Assembly: GCA_040954595.2 (NCBI GenBank)
Contig: CM082576.2
Coordinates: 19,949,028 to 20,013,027 of the forward strand
Origin: Balanoglossus misakiensis
Lineage: Eukaryota; Animalia; Hemichordata
Length of the DNA: 64,000 nucleotides
Reading direction: 5' to 3'
The translations under genes and the position numbers were made by a program. Of the stretch, positions 13,291-25,300 are shown one piece after another; positions within the stretch are counted from its first letter, which is position 1, and each line of letters starts with the position of its first letter. The notes under the pieces are model-generated. The model did no database searches, had not been told where the DNA came from, and worked only from the letters and a program-made list of their open reading frames with translations.

Positions 13291-13560
13291 ATGGCATCCC
13301 CGGCTCCCGGTCCCTCATCCCCAACCAGCCAAGGCGTGGCACTGAAATTGCGCCTCATGGAGGATGTCGAGATCCGGAATTCCGCCAACGGGAAACTGTT
13401 TAGCGTGCCTTGTATGCAGCAGGATGGCAACGTTCTGGAACTTAAATTCTGGAAAGAAAATCCGAAGTGGCTGAACAGATTACAGAAGGGAGAATACGTA
13501 CAGCTCCGCAACTTTTCCACTGGAAGAGATAATACCATTTGCCTCTATGATAGAGCAAAG
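13291..13560 (+). CDS. OB-fold gene first coding exon (90 aa)
   Basis: The ATG follows a TTTCAG acceptor at 13277 and the exon ends AAG|GTACGT, phase 0. The pattern LELKFW...LQKGEYVQLRNF...TICL is typical of OB folds. Confidence 0.7.
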
Positions 13561-13978
13561 GTACGTTATAATCGCACCCCGAAACTTATGGGCCTGACTT
13601 TTTTTTTTGCCGTAGTCATTTTGGGTATCTTAACCTCCCATCTTCTACATTTTTAGAAATTTACTCTACAAAATTGAATGACCCATTACATTTTAGAGAC
13701 CTTTCCCGAATTCAACCGAAGCCCAATGGGAAGGTCTTCGGATGTAATCCAATATTGCAGCCTCCATGCGATCACGTACATTGAAAATCCATTTATATGA
13801 TACAACCATGCCTTGTCAACTCAACTCGGGTCAAAATTACTGCCATCGATTCATCATTTTGCAGTTCAAATTTTAAAAAGCAACTGACAAAAAACAACCA
13901 CTCTTGCACTATTTCTCCACAACATTTACTACTCGTAATTATTAACATTCAATGTTTTCCATTTTATTTCCACTACAG

Positions 13979-14185
13979 TATGAATCAGTGACACATACAT
14001 CGAATTCTACAAAGAGACGTAAACTGACCATAACTGATGGCACAAGAGATGCTGAAGTCAACCTTTGGGGTGAGAAAACAGCGCTGCCACTGGATGTAGG
14101 TGCCACAGTTAAACTAGGCCCATTGGTTATCAACAGATATAAAACATCGTCCACATTAAATACAACAGCGACAACTGAAGTGGAG
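13979..14185 (+). CDS. OB-fold gene exon 3 (RPA1-like OB fold core)
   Basis: CTACAG|TAT...GAG|GTGAG, 207 nt, phase 0/0. KRRKLTITDGTRDAEVNLWGE...VGATVKLG resembles the RPA70/SSB pattern KRxLxxxDxTGxxxxxLWGE. Confidence 0.78.
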
Positions 14186-14201
14186 GTGAGACATAAAATA
14201 C

Positions 14202-15632
14202 TGTTCCTGATGCTCCGTGAAAACTGTCAAGTAGCCACGGTTCTAGGCGACATAGGATGGATGTCCACGGTACGGGAGGAGGCCATGCATGTATACGGGA
14301 AGGAAAAGACCGAAGCCAACCTGCCCGTACCATCCGACGCAGCCATAAAAACCTGCACACTACCTCGGGAGTTCAATCCAGGCCGCGTACGTGGGGGATT
14401 CGTTGGCCATATCTCCCCGCAAGAGCCCACAAGAACCACCACCGCAGCTGACGACCTGGAGGAAACTTTGAGCATCTTCTGGGATCCGCAGCTGGAAAAA
14501 CAGGTACTCGGTGGCGACAAGGACCAGGCGATGGAGGTGTTGGAAGGGCCAGACCCACCCCGCACCCGTGTATCACCCCCAATAGCAGTAGCGAGAGACG
14601 GGGGAAACCAACGGCTGCTGCAGGAGCCATCACCCCCACGCCAAGAAATGCTGCCGCTGCAGTCACTGATCAACCCATTGGAGCTGGAAGCGACGTTGGA
14701 GGCAGGGGAATATCTAATCCCCTGGGAACTTCGACGCCACCCCGGCAGCCATACTAGGTCTAGATCCCCAACCCGGTCGCCGCGACCGGAGCGTTCTCGA
14801 GAGGAAAGGCGGGACCGCCCACCTTCCCGTGAACGACCATCCTTTTCACGCTGGGGAGATGTCAGCCCCAGACGTCGATCACCGATCCGGTATCCGACGC
14901 CGGAACCACCCAAAGAAGACGAACGCCGCTGGAGGAGCGCCAGGCCGGCCCGAAGGAGCCCCCTATCCTCTGTTCCACATTACTCATCAGGCCCTTCTCC
15001 ATGTCCGTTCCCGGGAGGCCGGAGGTCCACGCGCAAACTGAAGAAACACGCCTTTCAGTGCCACCTTCCAGTTATTTTTACTGAGAAGCCGGTAGTATTC
15101 CGCGAGCGGGACGCGGTGGAGGCGTTAGAGAAACTCACCTATACTGGCTGTGTGGTCCAGGAAATGAAATACCCGACCTGCTAGACTTCTATATCCGCAG
15201 GGGCGGACCTGGACGGATCCCTACGGAATCCTTTTGTTCACCGGAGTCCATGGTGATGATGAAGCGCCTGTGCGTCTTCCAGGGGTGGGAGGTGCCGAAC
15301 ATGTTCCGACTGAGCTCCCCCACCACACCAGCGATTCTCATCCACTGGCGTGTCCTTAGCATACTGCTGAGGTGGGTATCCCAATCACGACAGGAAGAAT
15401 TCCGGGAAATCCGACCTCACCGGAAAACATCATCAATCCGGACACAGCAACCAGAGAGGACGGGGGCGGAAGCAGTCGCACAGAATCCATCGACGCAGGG
15501 GGAGCGAGGACGCGCCAGGGGGTTTTGATGCATTTTTTATCCCCCAAGCGTGCGCGGAGGAGTGCCGAGTGGAAGACGCGCCCACCACCATAGATGACCT
15601 CACTGACTACGATGTTGGTGTCCCCCCCCGCA
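14202..15632 (+). mobile_element. GC-rich inserted fragment with disrupted ORF (RS/P-rich region, C2H2-like knuckle); probably retroelement-derived
   Basis: Abrupt GC rise. Reads ...CPFPG.RRSTRKLKKHAFQCHLP, then in another frame MKRLCVFQGWEVP..F.LS.PTTPAILIHWRVL. Its fusion to exon 3 in ORF 13952-15184 reads through the splice donor. Confidence 0.45.
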
Positions 15633-18419
15633 TGTTTAAAGGTTTCTATAGAAAAGCATTGTTGAGGTTCACAAAACTTTGAAGAAGCTTTGCAACCCTA
15701 ACTTAGGCCAAAGATTTGAATGTTAAGGTTTCACAAACGTAGTTACAGCTGAGGTTCAACTAAGACTAGTATAAGAGGCTTCAGCACGCCAAGTCTTGTA
15801 GCAAGCTTCAACACAAAGCTTTTTGCAACATTGTTCAAAGCGTTGTCAAAGGTACTGCACAACCCTGGTGAAGTAGTGCTATATTTTCAATTAAATGGCT
15901 TAAGCCATTTGTCTCTCCAACCAGAATTGCACCAGAGTTAAATACACACAGCTTGAAATTGTAAAATGTTGCAAAATCAAACGATCACATCCTTACACCT
16001 ATTATTAGAACCAGAAGTTGAGTCAAAATTTTCCTACCAAGAAATTTTCTTTCCTATTAAGTTTTTTGCTTATTGGCATTCATATGGGAGCCTAGACCTA
16101 TTCCAGCTGAGTTGCCAAAATGGCAATGTTGGACAATTCTTCTAATATGCATGATCAAAAATGGCCGCCAAATACCTTCTCTAAAATAAAACTTGGCCCT
16201 TTTTTCTCAAAATTATGTGTAATATCTAAAATTTCAGGATTTGCATCCATATTGGTTATGTATTGCAAATATGGCAGTGTTTGGCAACTTTTCTATTTTG
16301 CATAATCAAAAATGGCCGCCAATCACCACTAAAAGTGAAATTTTGCCATGTTTCCCAAAATGATGCGCAATATCGTATTTTCAGGATTAGCACATTCATA
16401 TGGGTACCTTTAACAATACAACTGTGTTGCAAATTTGGCAGTGTTACCGTACTAATCATGAAGCAAGGAAGTGCAACCTCTGTATCCCAAATATATGTCT
16501 ATCCCCACTGATAGGAGTCACAAAGAGCCAGCCCCTCTGCATCATCCTGTTCCTCAATCTCACGATGGGAATCCTTTTCAGAATTCCGACCTCAAAACAT
16601 CCAGGGATTCACCATCATTCACCACACCCTCGTCAGTATCCACCATGTTTAGATCCAATGCCTGAACATGTTGTCTCTTTATCTATGGATTGCGTTAAAG
16701 GCCAGTGGGAGTTTCATCTCCTTTTTTTGCAATTTTGACCATTTTTATCTGGTGCATAATGCTAGAGTACATATCATCCATACAGGATGATGCATGTACA
16801 GTGATGGGAAATGTATCAATCCACTCCTGCACTAGATTTGCATACAGCGCCATACCTTTTAGGGCTATTTTCTTGACCCTTTTGATAGTCTGCTGGCCAA
16901 AAGTGGCTGGCCAAAGTGGCCAGCAGAGACATTCTTCCAATACCCTTCATAGTGCCAACAGACAAGGCTTGGATATACAACCTGTGTTGCTTGTAAGGCA
17001 CACATCTCCAATTGGTACATTGGGCCAATTATACTGTACATGTACAGCTAGGAAAAAAATATACTTCATCACAGTTTCCATGGTCAGCAGCTTCAATAAC
17101 CTGTTGCCTTTTCTTACTGAACATTTAGACTTATAAAGAAGTATAACAAGAATAAAGTTGTCCAATTAGTGTTGGCAGGGGGGTGGGGGATGTGTTCTCC
17201 CATACAAAGGTGTATAGGTATGTAGTCTTTAAGAAAAACTTGGGGTAAATGACCAGAAAATTTGACTTATAATACAAATAGGTCGGGTTTTGGGCATTTA
17301 CACGTGTTGATGTTATCGACTGGGGCGACAGACTACCATCCGAAAAAATTTCAAGTACCCCCCCCCCCCCTCGGGTGCCGGCCAGTGGGATGGAGGTGAT
17401 AGAAACTGTTGCAGATACAATAGAGGCCTACAACCTGAAAACCTTCTGGCTTTAACCGAGGACTTGCCATTAAAGATACCTGTAGGCCCCTATATGCTGC
17501 TCCCACATACACTCCCAGTCCTAAACCTTGCATCTGATTTGTGGTGCAGATGAAGAATTAAGATTGGCTTGACAATTAGCACACTTAATTGCCTGTTATG
17601 AGATATAATACATACAATCATGGGACAAGAATGGCAAAAGTCAAATTATCCAGCAGGTGTTTGAATTATGCAAATTAGAGCAGTTGTCTAATATTGCCAT
17701 GTCAACCATGTTGAAATTGTTTTAGGTACCCATATTAATGGAAACCCTGCAAATTCGATATTACACACCATTTAAAACAAATATGGGAAATTAACATGTT
17801 AGAGAAATTTGGCGGCCATTTTGGATTATGCAAATTAGAACAGTTGTCTAATATTGCCATGTCAACCATGTTAAAATTGTTTTAGGTACCCAGGAGAGTT
17901 GAATGAAAATGCCATTTGCAATGCAGTTGTCTTGTATTGGGTGCCCATATTAAGGCATTCTTGAAAACGAAACATTATTCATCATTTTGACGCAAACAGA
18001 AAAGGTGTTCAAATGCAAATTAGAAGAGTTGCCCAACCCTGCCATATTTGCAATACAGTTGTAGTGACTGTCAACTCGACTACAGACAGTCTCGATGAAC
18101 ACAAGACATGATCCCCATTTGCAAGCTGAGTTGAAACTGACTGCTGCAGTAACTTAGCTGTGGGAATGTCTTGTGTGATTTAAAACAATGATGACCAAAT
18201 TTAACACAGTTTCTCTGAGGTAACCATTTAGCTTTCGTGACTAAGTTTGTTTAAGAATCCTTTATTCTACCCAAGGAACAAATTTCCTTAGAATTTCACA
18301 GCTGAGACACAGTTTACAGATATACAAAAAGTGCGTACTACAAACATAAGAAATTGTTTGCATTTTTTTTCTGATGGCAATGCATTTGACTGTAAACAGA
18401 CATTGACGTCCTTTAGTAA

Positions 18420-19245
18420 GGGACTGTTCAGTTTTGGTGGAGGGGGGGGGGGGGCAAAAGTTTGTGTCATTGGTTTTCAAAATCAGGCCGACACCCCCTT
18501 CAACCAGGACCAAAAAAATGATGACCCCCCCCCCCTTTGACAGGACCAAAATATGATGACCCTCCTCCCACCCTGAAAACATTCGCCATCCTTATCTTAT
18601 GTACACTGACTGTATGCAATAAAGGTAAAGGGTCTCCTCACACCTCAATTCTAAATTTCTTAAAGAAATTTATAATTTGAAGTGTATAATAGTATAGCGT
18701 TGCAATAAAGAAGTCTATGGATAAATTAAAAGGACACGTCAATACAATAGTTGGTAGAATTGGTAAAACAAGAAAAGTGGAAGGGGTGGGTGTACGTAGG
18801 ACAATTTTGTAAAATACAATTAATGCATTTTAATGAACTCATAGGCAAATTAACTTAATGTTGGGGAGGACAAATTTGACTTTTGCCACTCAAAGTTAAC
18901 ATCAGTGGGGGTGGGATGGCAAGTATTCTGCCCTGGTACACTATATGTGGCGAAGAAATAAGGGGATGGGTGTGGGAGGGGATGTCCCCCTTCCACATAA
19001 GAAAACTTTGTAAAATATGTAGCTCAAAGTTGCATTTTAATGAAGTCAAAAGCAAATTATCTCAATGTTTGAATGGACCAATTTTACTGTTGCCACTCCA
19101 CTCAAAGTTAGCATCGGTGGGTACATGTATATGACCTCCCCCCTAAACGTTTGAAAAAAAGATGACTCCCTCTTTTGGATTTCAAAATTTAAGTGACCCC
19201 CTGGATTTTGCCAGCCTCCCCCCACCGTAAAAACTGAATGGTCCC
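18420..19245. mobile_element. PIF/Harbinger-type MITE with TAA TSD
   Basis: TAA|GGGACTGTTCAGTTTT...AAAACTGAATGGTCCC|TAA. Absent from the partner arm at ~46340. Confidence 0.85.
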
Positions 19246-20899
19246 TAAGCGCTATTTTGTCAGTGAAATGGCTCCATTATTATCCCTCCAACCATAGTTG
19301 AAACGGAGTTAAATATGTACAGCTTGAAATCATAAAATGTTGCAAAATTGAACCAAGAGTTTGGTCAATGATCAAGTTCTTACAGCTATTACTAGAACCA
19401 TACAGTCTCAGCGAACAAGAGACATTGGTCCGATTTGCAAGCCGAGTTGGAACTGACTTTGCCTGCACACAGATGTGCCAATTTCAGCGAATCTTATCGT
19501 ATTTAAAAATGAATATGGAGAATTGTTATCTGTGTTCCTATTGCTAGCCTACATACATGTAGCTGTTGTCATTCTAGTGTTTTTTTTTCTGTATACCAAA
19601 ATTGTCTGGACGATGAGCATGCAGAATTTTTCTGATGCTTCTTACTGGCAGAAGGACCACCAGTTGCAGATTTTCATTTCTACGGCACAAGGGAATTTTA
19701 TACTTTGCGTGCAAATATAAATCCTGTTAAATTCTATATATTCTTTATTGGGGATTCAAAAGTATAATAATAATTGATAGTGTTAGTACCTCTATTCCAA
19801 AAAAGCATGCTGTGAGTGTGCGTGTGATTGTGATCAATATCGTAGTTTCAAAATTTGCAGTGTGCCAGTTCAACACATAGCATAACAATGGTAAAGCACA
19901 TGTGTGAATTTCGTGAAATTGGGGAGTGTATCTTACACGGCCATGGCTATCACATTTGCACATGATGGCTTACATTAAAATGTGTTGTCTATCACGGTTA
20001 TTTAAATAACATAAAACATCTGATATCTACAGAAACAGTACTATTATAGTGGAAAACATGACAAAAATATTCAAGTAGTATATCACTCACATTTTGTGTT
20101 ATGAAGACATGGCCAAACTGTTTGGGATACTTTTATCAAATGTTATGTGATACTATATCAGCCTGTTTTGGGGATCTTGACAATGACATATATTAGACTT
20201 TTCATACACAGCATGAGGTAGAATTTTAGAAACGATTAGGTAATAAGACTGCATATCTCATAGGAAATAATCACTTTAGAAGTATTACGATAAAAAAAAT
20301 CATTTCACTCTTATTGGGAGCATACATTTGTAAAACATACATACAGACATGAATACAGACATAGAGAGATCAAGGTGTATACGATTTTCAGTGGGGGAGG
20401 GGGTCCTCCTTAATTGCAAACTACTATGTAATGGTAATTTCTCTTTTATAATAACAATTTTTGAGGTATACGGAAAAAATATCTAACAAAATAAACAAAA
20501 CAACTAATTCAGCTATGATTTGATCCAATTATCATTCTAAAGAAGCACATATCATTAACTCACAACTAAACTTTTAAAGTGATCAACCATGCACTTTCTG
20601 AGAATTTTTTTATGCCCCCAAAATACAATTTTTTCATTTTCAGAACATTTATGATATATCACAGTAAAAAAATCCCCTGGAAACTGCAAAACAAAAAATT
20701 GCAAAGCAATCAAACAAAAATGGCAAAAATTGTCCACAAAAACTATATTGACACTTCCATCATAGGATTTGTTAAAATGTCGTGATAACACACCTAGGAA
20801 CCTGCAAACCAAATTTCAAAGAACTGTGAGTAGAGGTTTTTGAGTATTTGACCAAAATCACCCCAAAAATATACTTCAAACCAGATATTAACTGAATAT

Positions 20900-22022
20900 G
20901 CTCACGTGCAGTACTGTGATTGGTTGACAGAATAACAAGATTAGAAAAACCAGTGTTAAACCAATTTGGTTTATAGTGTATATGGTGTAAGGGTTGTGTG
21001 TTGCACCATTGTGAAATGTAAACATGTTTGTGGAATTGTTGCCTTGTCAATTTTTGTAAGGGGTTATGAGTCATGTACCCCATCCTGAACTGCATAAAAA
21101 GATAAGTCTATGGAATTCTAAAACTCGTTGATCAAAAATGGCAAGAAATATACCAAAAAGTATGAATATTTCACCAGATTTCAACAAATCTGATTTCTGT
21201 TCATGCCTAAGAACCTCTTTAACAAGTTTCAATAAGGAAGACATTTTGGCAAACAACAGGTAATTCAGACAAATCTGACTGATATCACATATATGAATTC
21301 CCATTCAAAGTTTCCAATCAATTGGACTTGTGGTTTTACTGAAGACTATTTGGCCAAACCCTGCAGAATTCCCAAAAAATACAGTTAGGCAAATTTCTTT
21401 ACAATTTGATCATATCTGACTGAGATCACCCCTAGAAACCCAAATACAAAGTATCAAAACAATTGCACTTACAGTTTCACAGGATTTGATTTTTTGCAAA
21501 TTTCACCACCGTTTGCACAAATGTGATTCAGGTAAGCCCTATGAACCTCCATACCAAGTTTCCAATCAATTGGACATGTAATTTCAGAGAAGAAATTTTT
21601 TTAACAAAACTACAGAAAATTCTCCCAAAAATTCATAAAAAATAGCAAACGCCAGATACTGACTCCACCTGAACAAAATCATACGAGGTCTTCCCATAGT
21701 ACTTGCACACCAATGCACGCCAATTTTTAACTGAATCTGATCCGCTGTTATTAAGTTTTTCAATTTTGACTATTTGAACATTTTTCGAGTTATTAATACC
21801 AGTATGCATTTTTTCGCAATAACAATTTCTATGTACACACTAAATATCAGTAGTTTCAAGTTTTTGATGTTGATGGACATACACATACATACATCAATAC
21901 ATTTAGACGAAACTGATCCATTCGCAAAATACATAATTCTGTATGAGGCACACATACAGACATACATAGACGACGGACACCAACTTATGCTATAAGCTGA
22001 CATTGATATACATGTTAGCCAA
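20900..22022 (-). mobile_element. Degenerate Helentron-type non-autonomous element (HINE-like); left boundary approximate
   Basis: The minus strand starts in a T-run with a TGGCTAACAT...ATGTCAGC hairpin, then GTCCGTC-TATG microsatellite and internal repeated units. No counterpart in the right arm. Confidence 0.45.
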
Positions 22023-22934
22023 AAACCAAAATCAACCTCAAAATAGACATTAAAATATATTGCACCACCATGAGAAGACAAATTCATTCTTCGACAAATT
22101 TTCTGGGGCGTCATTGATATAGCATGGCATATTGTCAAAGTACGTAGTCTCTGTGATAAGATTCCATACACACAAAATGGTAACCTTGGAAGTCCAGCTG
22201 ACGTAGTTATGCAATGGCGTCTCGTGTATTCCGTCGCCAAAAAATCATCGTAAAATTGATAGTCGGGGTCACAATTCAAGACGACTTTCTCTAAATTCTT
22301 TATGAATGGATTAAATCGAAATCGAAATGTTGACGTATGACGTACGGAATGAGATCTGAACAGACATTCAATGTTATCATTCTCGCTCGATCACATATTG
22401 GGTAAGCCATCTAGCAATCGCTATATAGTATTGGCGATAACAGACTGTCTATAAACTCACAAAACGGATTTAACTGTTGAGTGTGATCAACCGCCACGTT
22501 GTTTTTCTCTGAACAATAGACAAATAGAAAGCCTGGTGACATTTTGAGATTGACTGCGTGAGGACCACAATATGCGTGAATCATTTACGGTTTGTCTTGA
22601 TGAATGGGTCACGTCATAGTCATAACGCGGATTCGGCTGCACGCCAACTATCCGCCATATTGTTTCCACTAACTTACTCGTAAGTAGTTTCAAACTTCAT
22701 TTGAAAAGAGTATTCGTCTGACGGTCCTGTAGATTAACAATTTACGCTCTATGAAGCAACTAAACAACGTTAGCTTCCTTTTGGATTCACGTAGGGAAGT
22801 TATTCGTAACGACGGGTACATCGTCTGAGCATGGACAGAACAACGGCAATATCGCCAGGAATGTCTCATTTCACAGCGCCCTCAAACAGTCGATCTCCTC
22901 AAACTATCGTTTCCACTGGTCATATATGCGACAT

Positions 22935-23194
22935 TAACGAAAGCTCACATAGACAACCATGTAATAGAAAAATTAAAACTTAAATAACTTCATTAATATC
23001 AAAGCCACACCCACCAAAACCTTTTCAGTTCTTGCCATATGATATCTGAACCTGTGTACTAAATTTGGTTGAAATCGGTTCAGCGGTTCTTGAGATATCG
23101 GGTATACAGACAGACACACACACACACATACATACATACACACACACACACAGACATCGCTAAACCATAAGCTCACGTGATTTTCACGTGAGCT
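22935..23194 (-). mobile_element. Short HINE-like element
   Basis: Minus strand: T-run, AGCTCACGTG-AAAAT-CACGTGAGCT hairpin, (GT)/(GTAT) microsatellite, and a 3' GTGAGCT sub-TIR near 22942. Confidence 0.6.
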
Positions 23195-23797
23195 AAAAAT
23201 GAAAAAAAATCCATGAGGTCTCAAAATGAATACACACCAATTTCTAAAGCAATTTGGCCAGTTTCCACCAATTTCACATTGGTCCCAGTGGTAGATAGAC
23301 ATATACGAAATGGGAACCAAAGAATAAAACACATTTCAAAGATTTAACACATCTTTTTCCTCAAGAGTGTTTTTCAAATCTTCTCCACATCCTTCAAAAT
23401 CGCCACCATAAAGCCATATTACTTGTAGTGCTTATGTTTGTCATATCTAGGTGATGCATACCACCAGAGATGTGTACCCTTTGTATAGAGGCAGATTAAA
23501 CAGGTGTGGTACCTGTTAAATATCTGACTTCTTTAAATTACAGCCACAATCGTCTGTCAACAAGATGTTCATGTAGATGTATACCTAGCAGTAAGCTTAT
23601 TTAGATTGACAAATCTTAGATGAAAATAATGAAAAAGTGGCACAACCCTTAGGGCTTTAACTAGCAGCTTTATGCCAGATGAGTTCGAGTCTAACGATGT
23701 AATGTTGACATTAAGGTTTCATTGAAATAACTTGGGAACCTCTCTACTATTTGAAGCACCAAAGCTGTGAAAAACTTCCTTCTTTCCCTGAGTTTTT

Positions 23798-25300
23798 AGG
23801 TCCCATTGGTATAGGCCTATATACCATGGGACCTTATGGGATGGGTTGCGTCTGTATGTATGTATGGATGGATGTATGGATGTATGGATGTATGTCTGTA
23901 TGTCCGTCCACATCAAAAACTTGAAAACCGCTGCGCGTATCACCTCAATATTTGGTGTGTAGGTGCAGGCTGGGCTGTAGATGGGAGTTTGTCCAAACGA
24001 AGTTGCCAGGCCCAAAAATATGCAAATTAGCTTGTAAAATGTGAAATTGATCAAAACTCTGTAAGTCAACAATTACTGGTCAGATTGCTTTGAAAATTGA
24101 TATGTATGTACCTTATGTCAACCTCACACCGACCTGTAAGTGTTAAGTTGATATCATGGATGTTTTATTTTTTATGAATTTTTTAGTCTTTTTATTAAAT
24201 TTATACCTTTACTTATACCTCTATGGTTAAGCTATGTCCACGTCTTATTGTGGAATTCTGGTCTGTGCAATAGTCCTGTTACAGTGACTGTCTATTGGCC
24301 AGTGAGCACAATGGGGCCAAAATAAAAGGCAAATTTTTGGGCTCACCTGTAACACCTGCTTAACACATTAATTATGTGCATACCTAATTCCGGGCTAATT
24401 AATAGGGCTAGAGGTTTCGTTCTTGTGGGACATGGACCAGTATAGGGTCAAAATTTCTTGCCCAAATTTTGGGTAACCTCAGGTGACCTTTGACCTACTT
24501 TCCTATATCTGGGCATCCAGAGCAGGTACAGACTTGGCGTTTGGAGGGTTGGGACTAAAATTGAAAAGCCAAAATATGGGTCACCTGTGACACCTGCATA
24601 TCTCATTAATTATGTGCATACCTAATTCCAGGCTAACCAATAGGGCTATAGGTTTGGTTTTTGTTGAACATGGACCAGTATAGGGTCAAAATTTCTTGCC
24701 CAAATTTTGCATGACCTTAGGTGACCTTTGACCTACTTTACCATATCTTGGCATCTAGAGCAGGTACAGATTTGGCGTTTGGAGGGTTGGCACTAAAATT
24801 GAAAAGCCAAAATTGGGGGTCACCTGTGACACCTGCATATCTCATTAATTATGTGCATACCTAATCCTAGGCTAACCAATAAGGCTATAGGTTTGGTTTT
24901 TATTGAACATGGACCAGTATAAGGTCAAAATTTCTTGCCCTAATTTTGCATGACCTCAGGTGACCTTTGACCTACTTTATCATATCTTGGCATCCAGAGC
25001 AGATACAGACTTCGCGTTTGGAGGGTTGGGACTAAAATTGAAAAGCCAAAATATGGGTCACCTGTGACACCTGCATATCTCATTAATTATGTGCATACCT
25101 AATTACAGGCTAACCAATAGGGCTATAGGTTTGGTTATTGTTCAACATGGTATAGGGTCAAAATTTCTTGCCCAAATGTTGCATGACCTCAGGTGACCTT
25201 TGACCTACTTTTCCATATCTTGGCATCCAGAGCAGATATGCTTATTGCTATGTTGCTATGTGCTATGTCCTCAAATGGGACCACAGTGTCCTTGACGCTA
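23798..25300 (+). mobile_element. Helentron-associated non-autonomous element (HINE/DINE-1-like), copy 1
   Basis: T-run insertion without TSD. 5' GGTCCCATTG with nearby IR CCATGGGACC, (GTAT/GGAT)n, about four 238-bp internal tandem units, 3' AATGGGACC plus AGTGTC-CTT-GACGCT hairpin. Empty site at ~44625-44650. Confidence 0.88.

Noticed and set aside
13952-15184. 410-aa ORF as a single gene
   Set aside because: It is a read-through chimera of intron, OB exon 3 (with clear splice sites and a paralog sharing the donor) and an unrelated GC-rich insert.
16460-17060. Possible decayed coding sequence on the minus strand
   Set aside because: Multiple stops and no recognisable motif.
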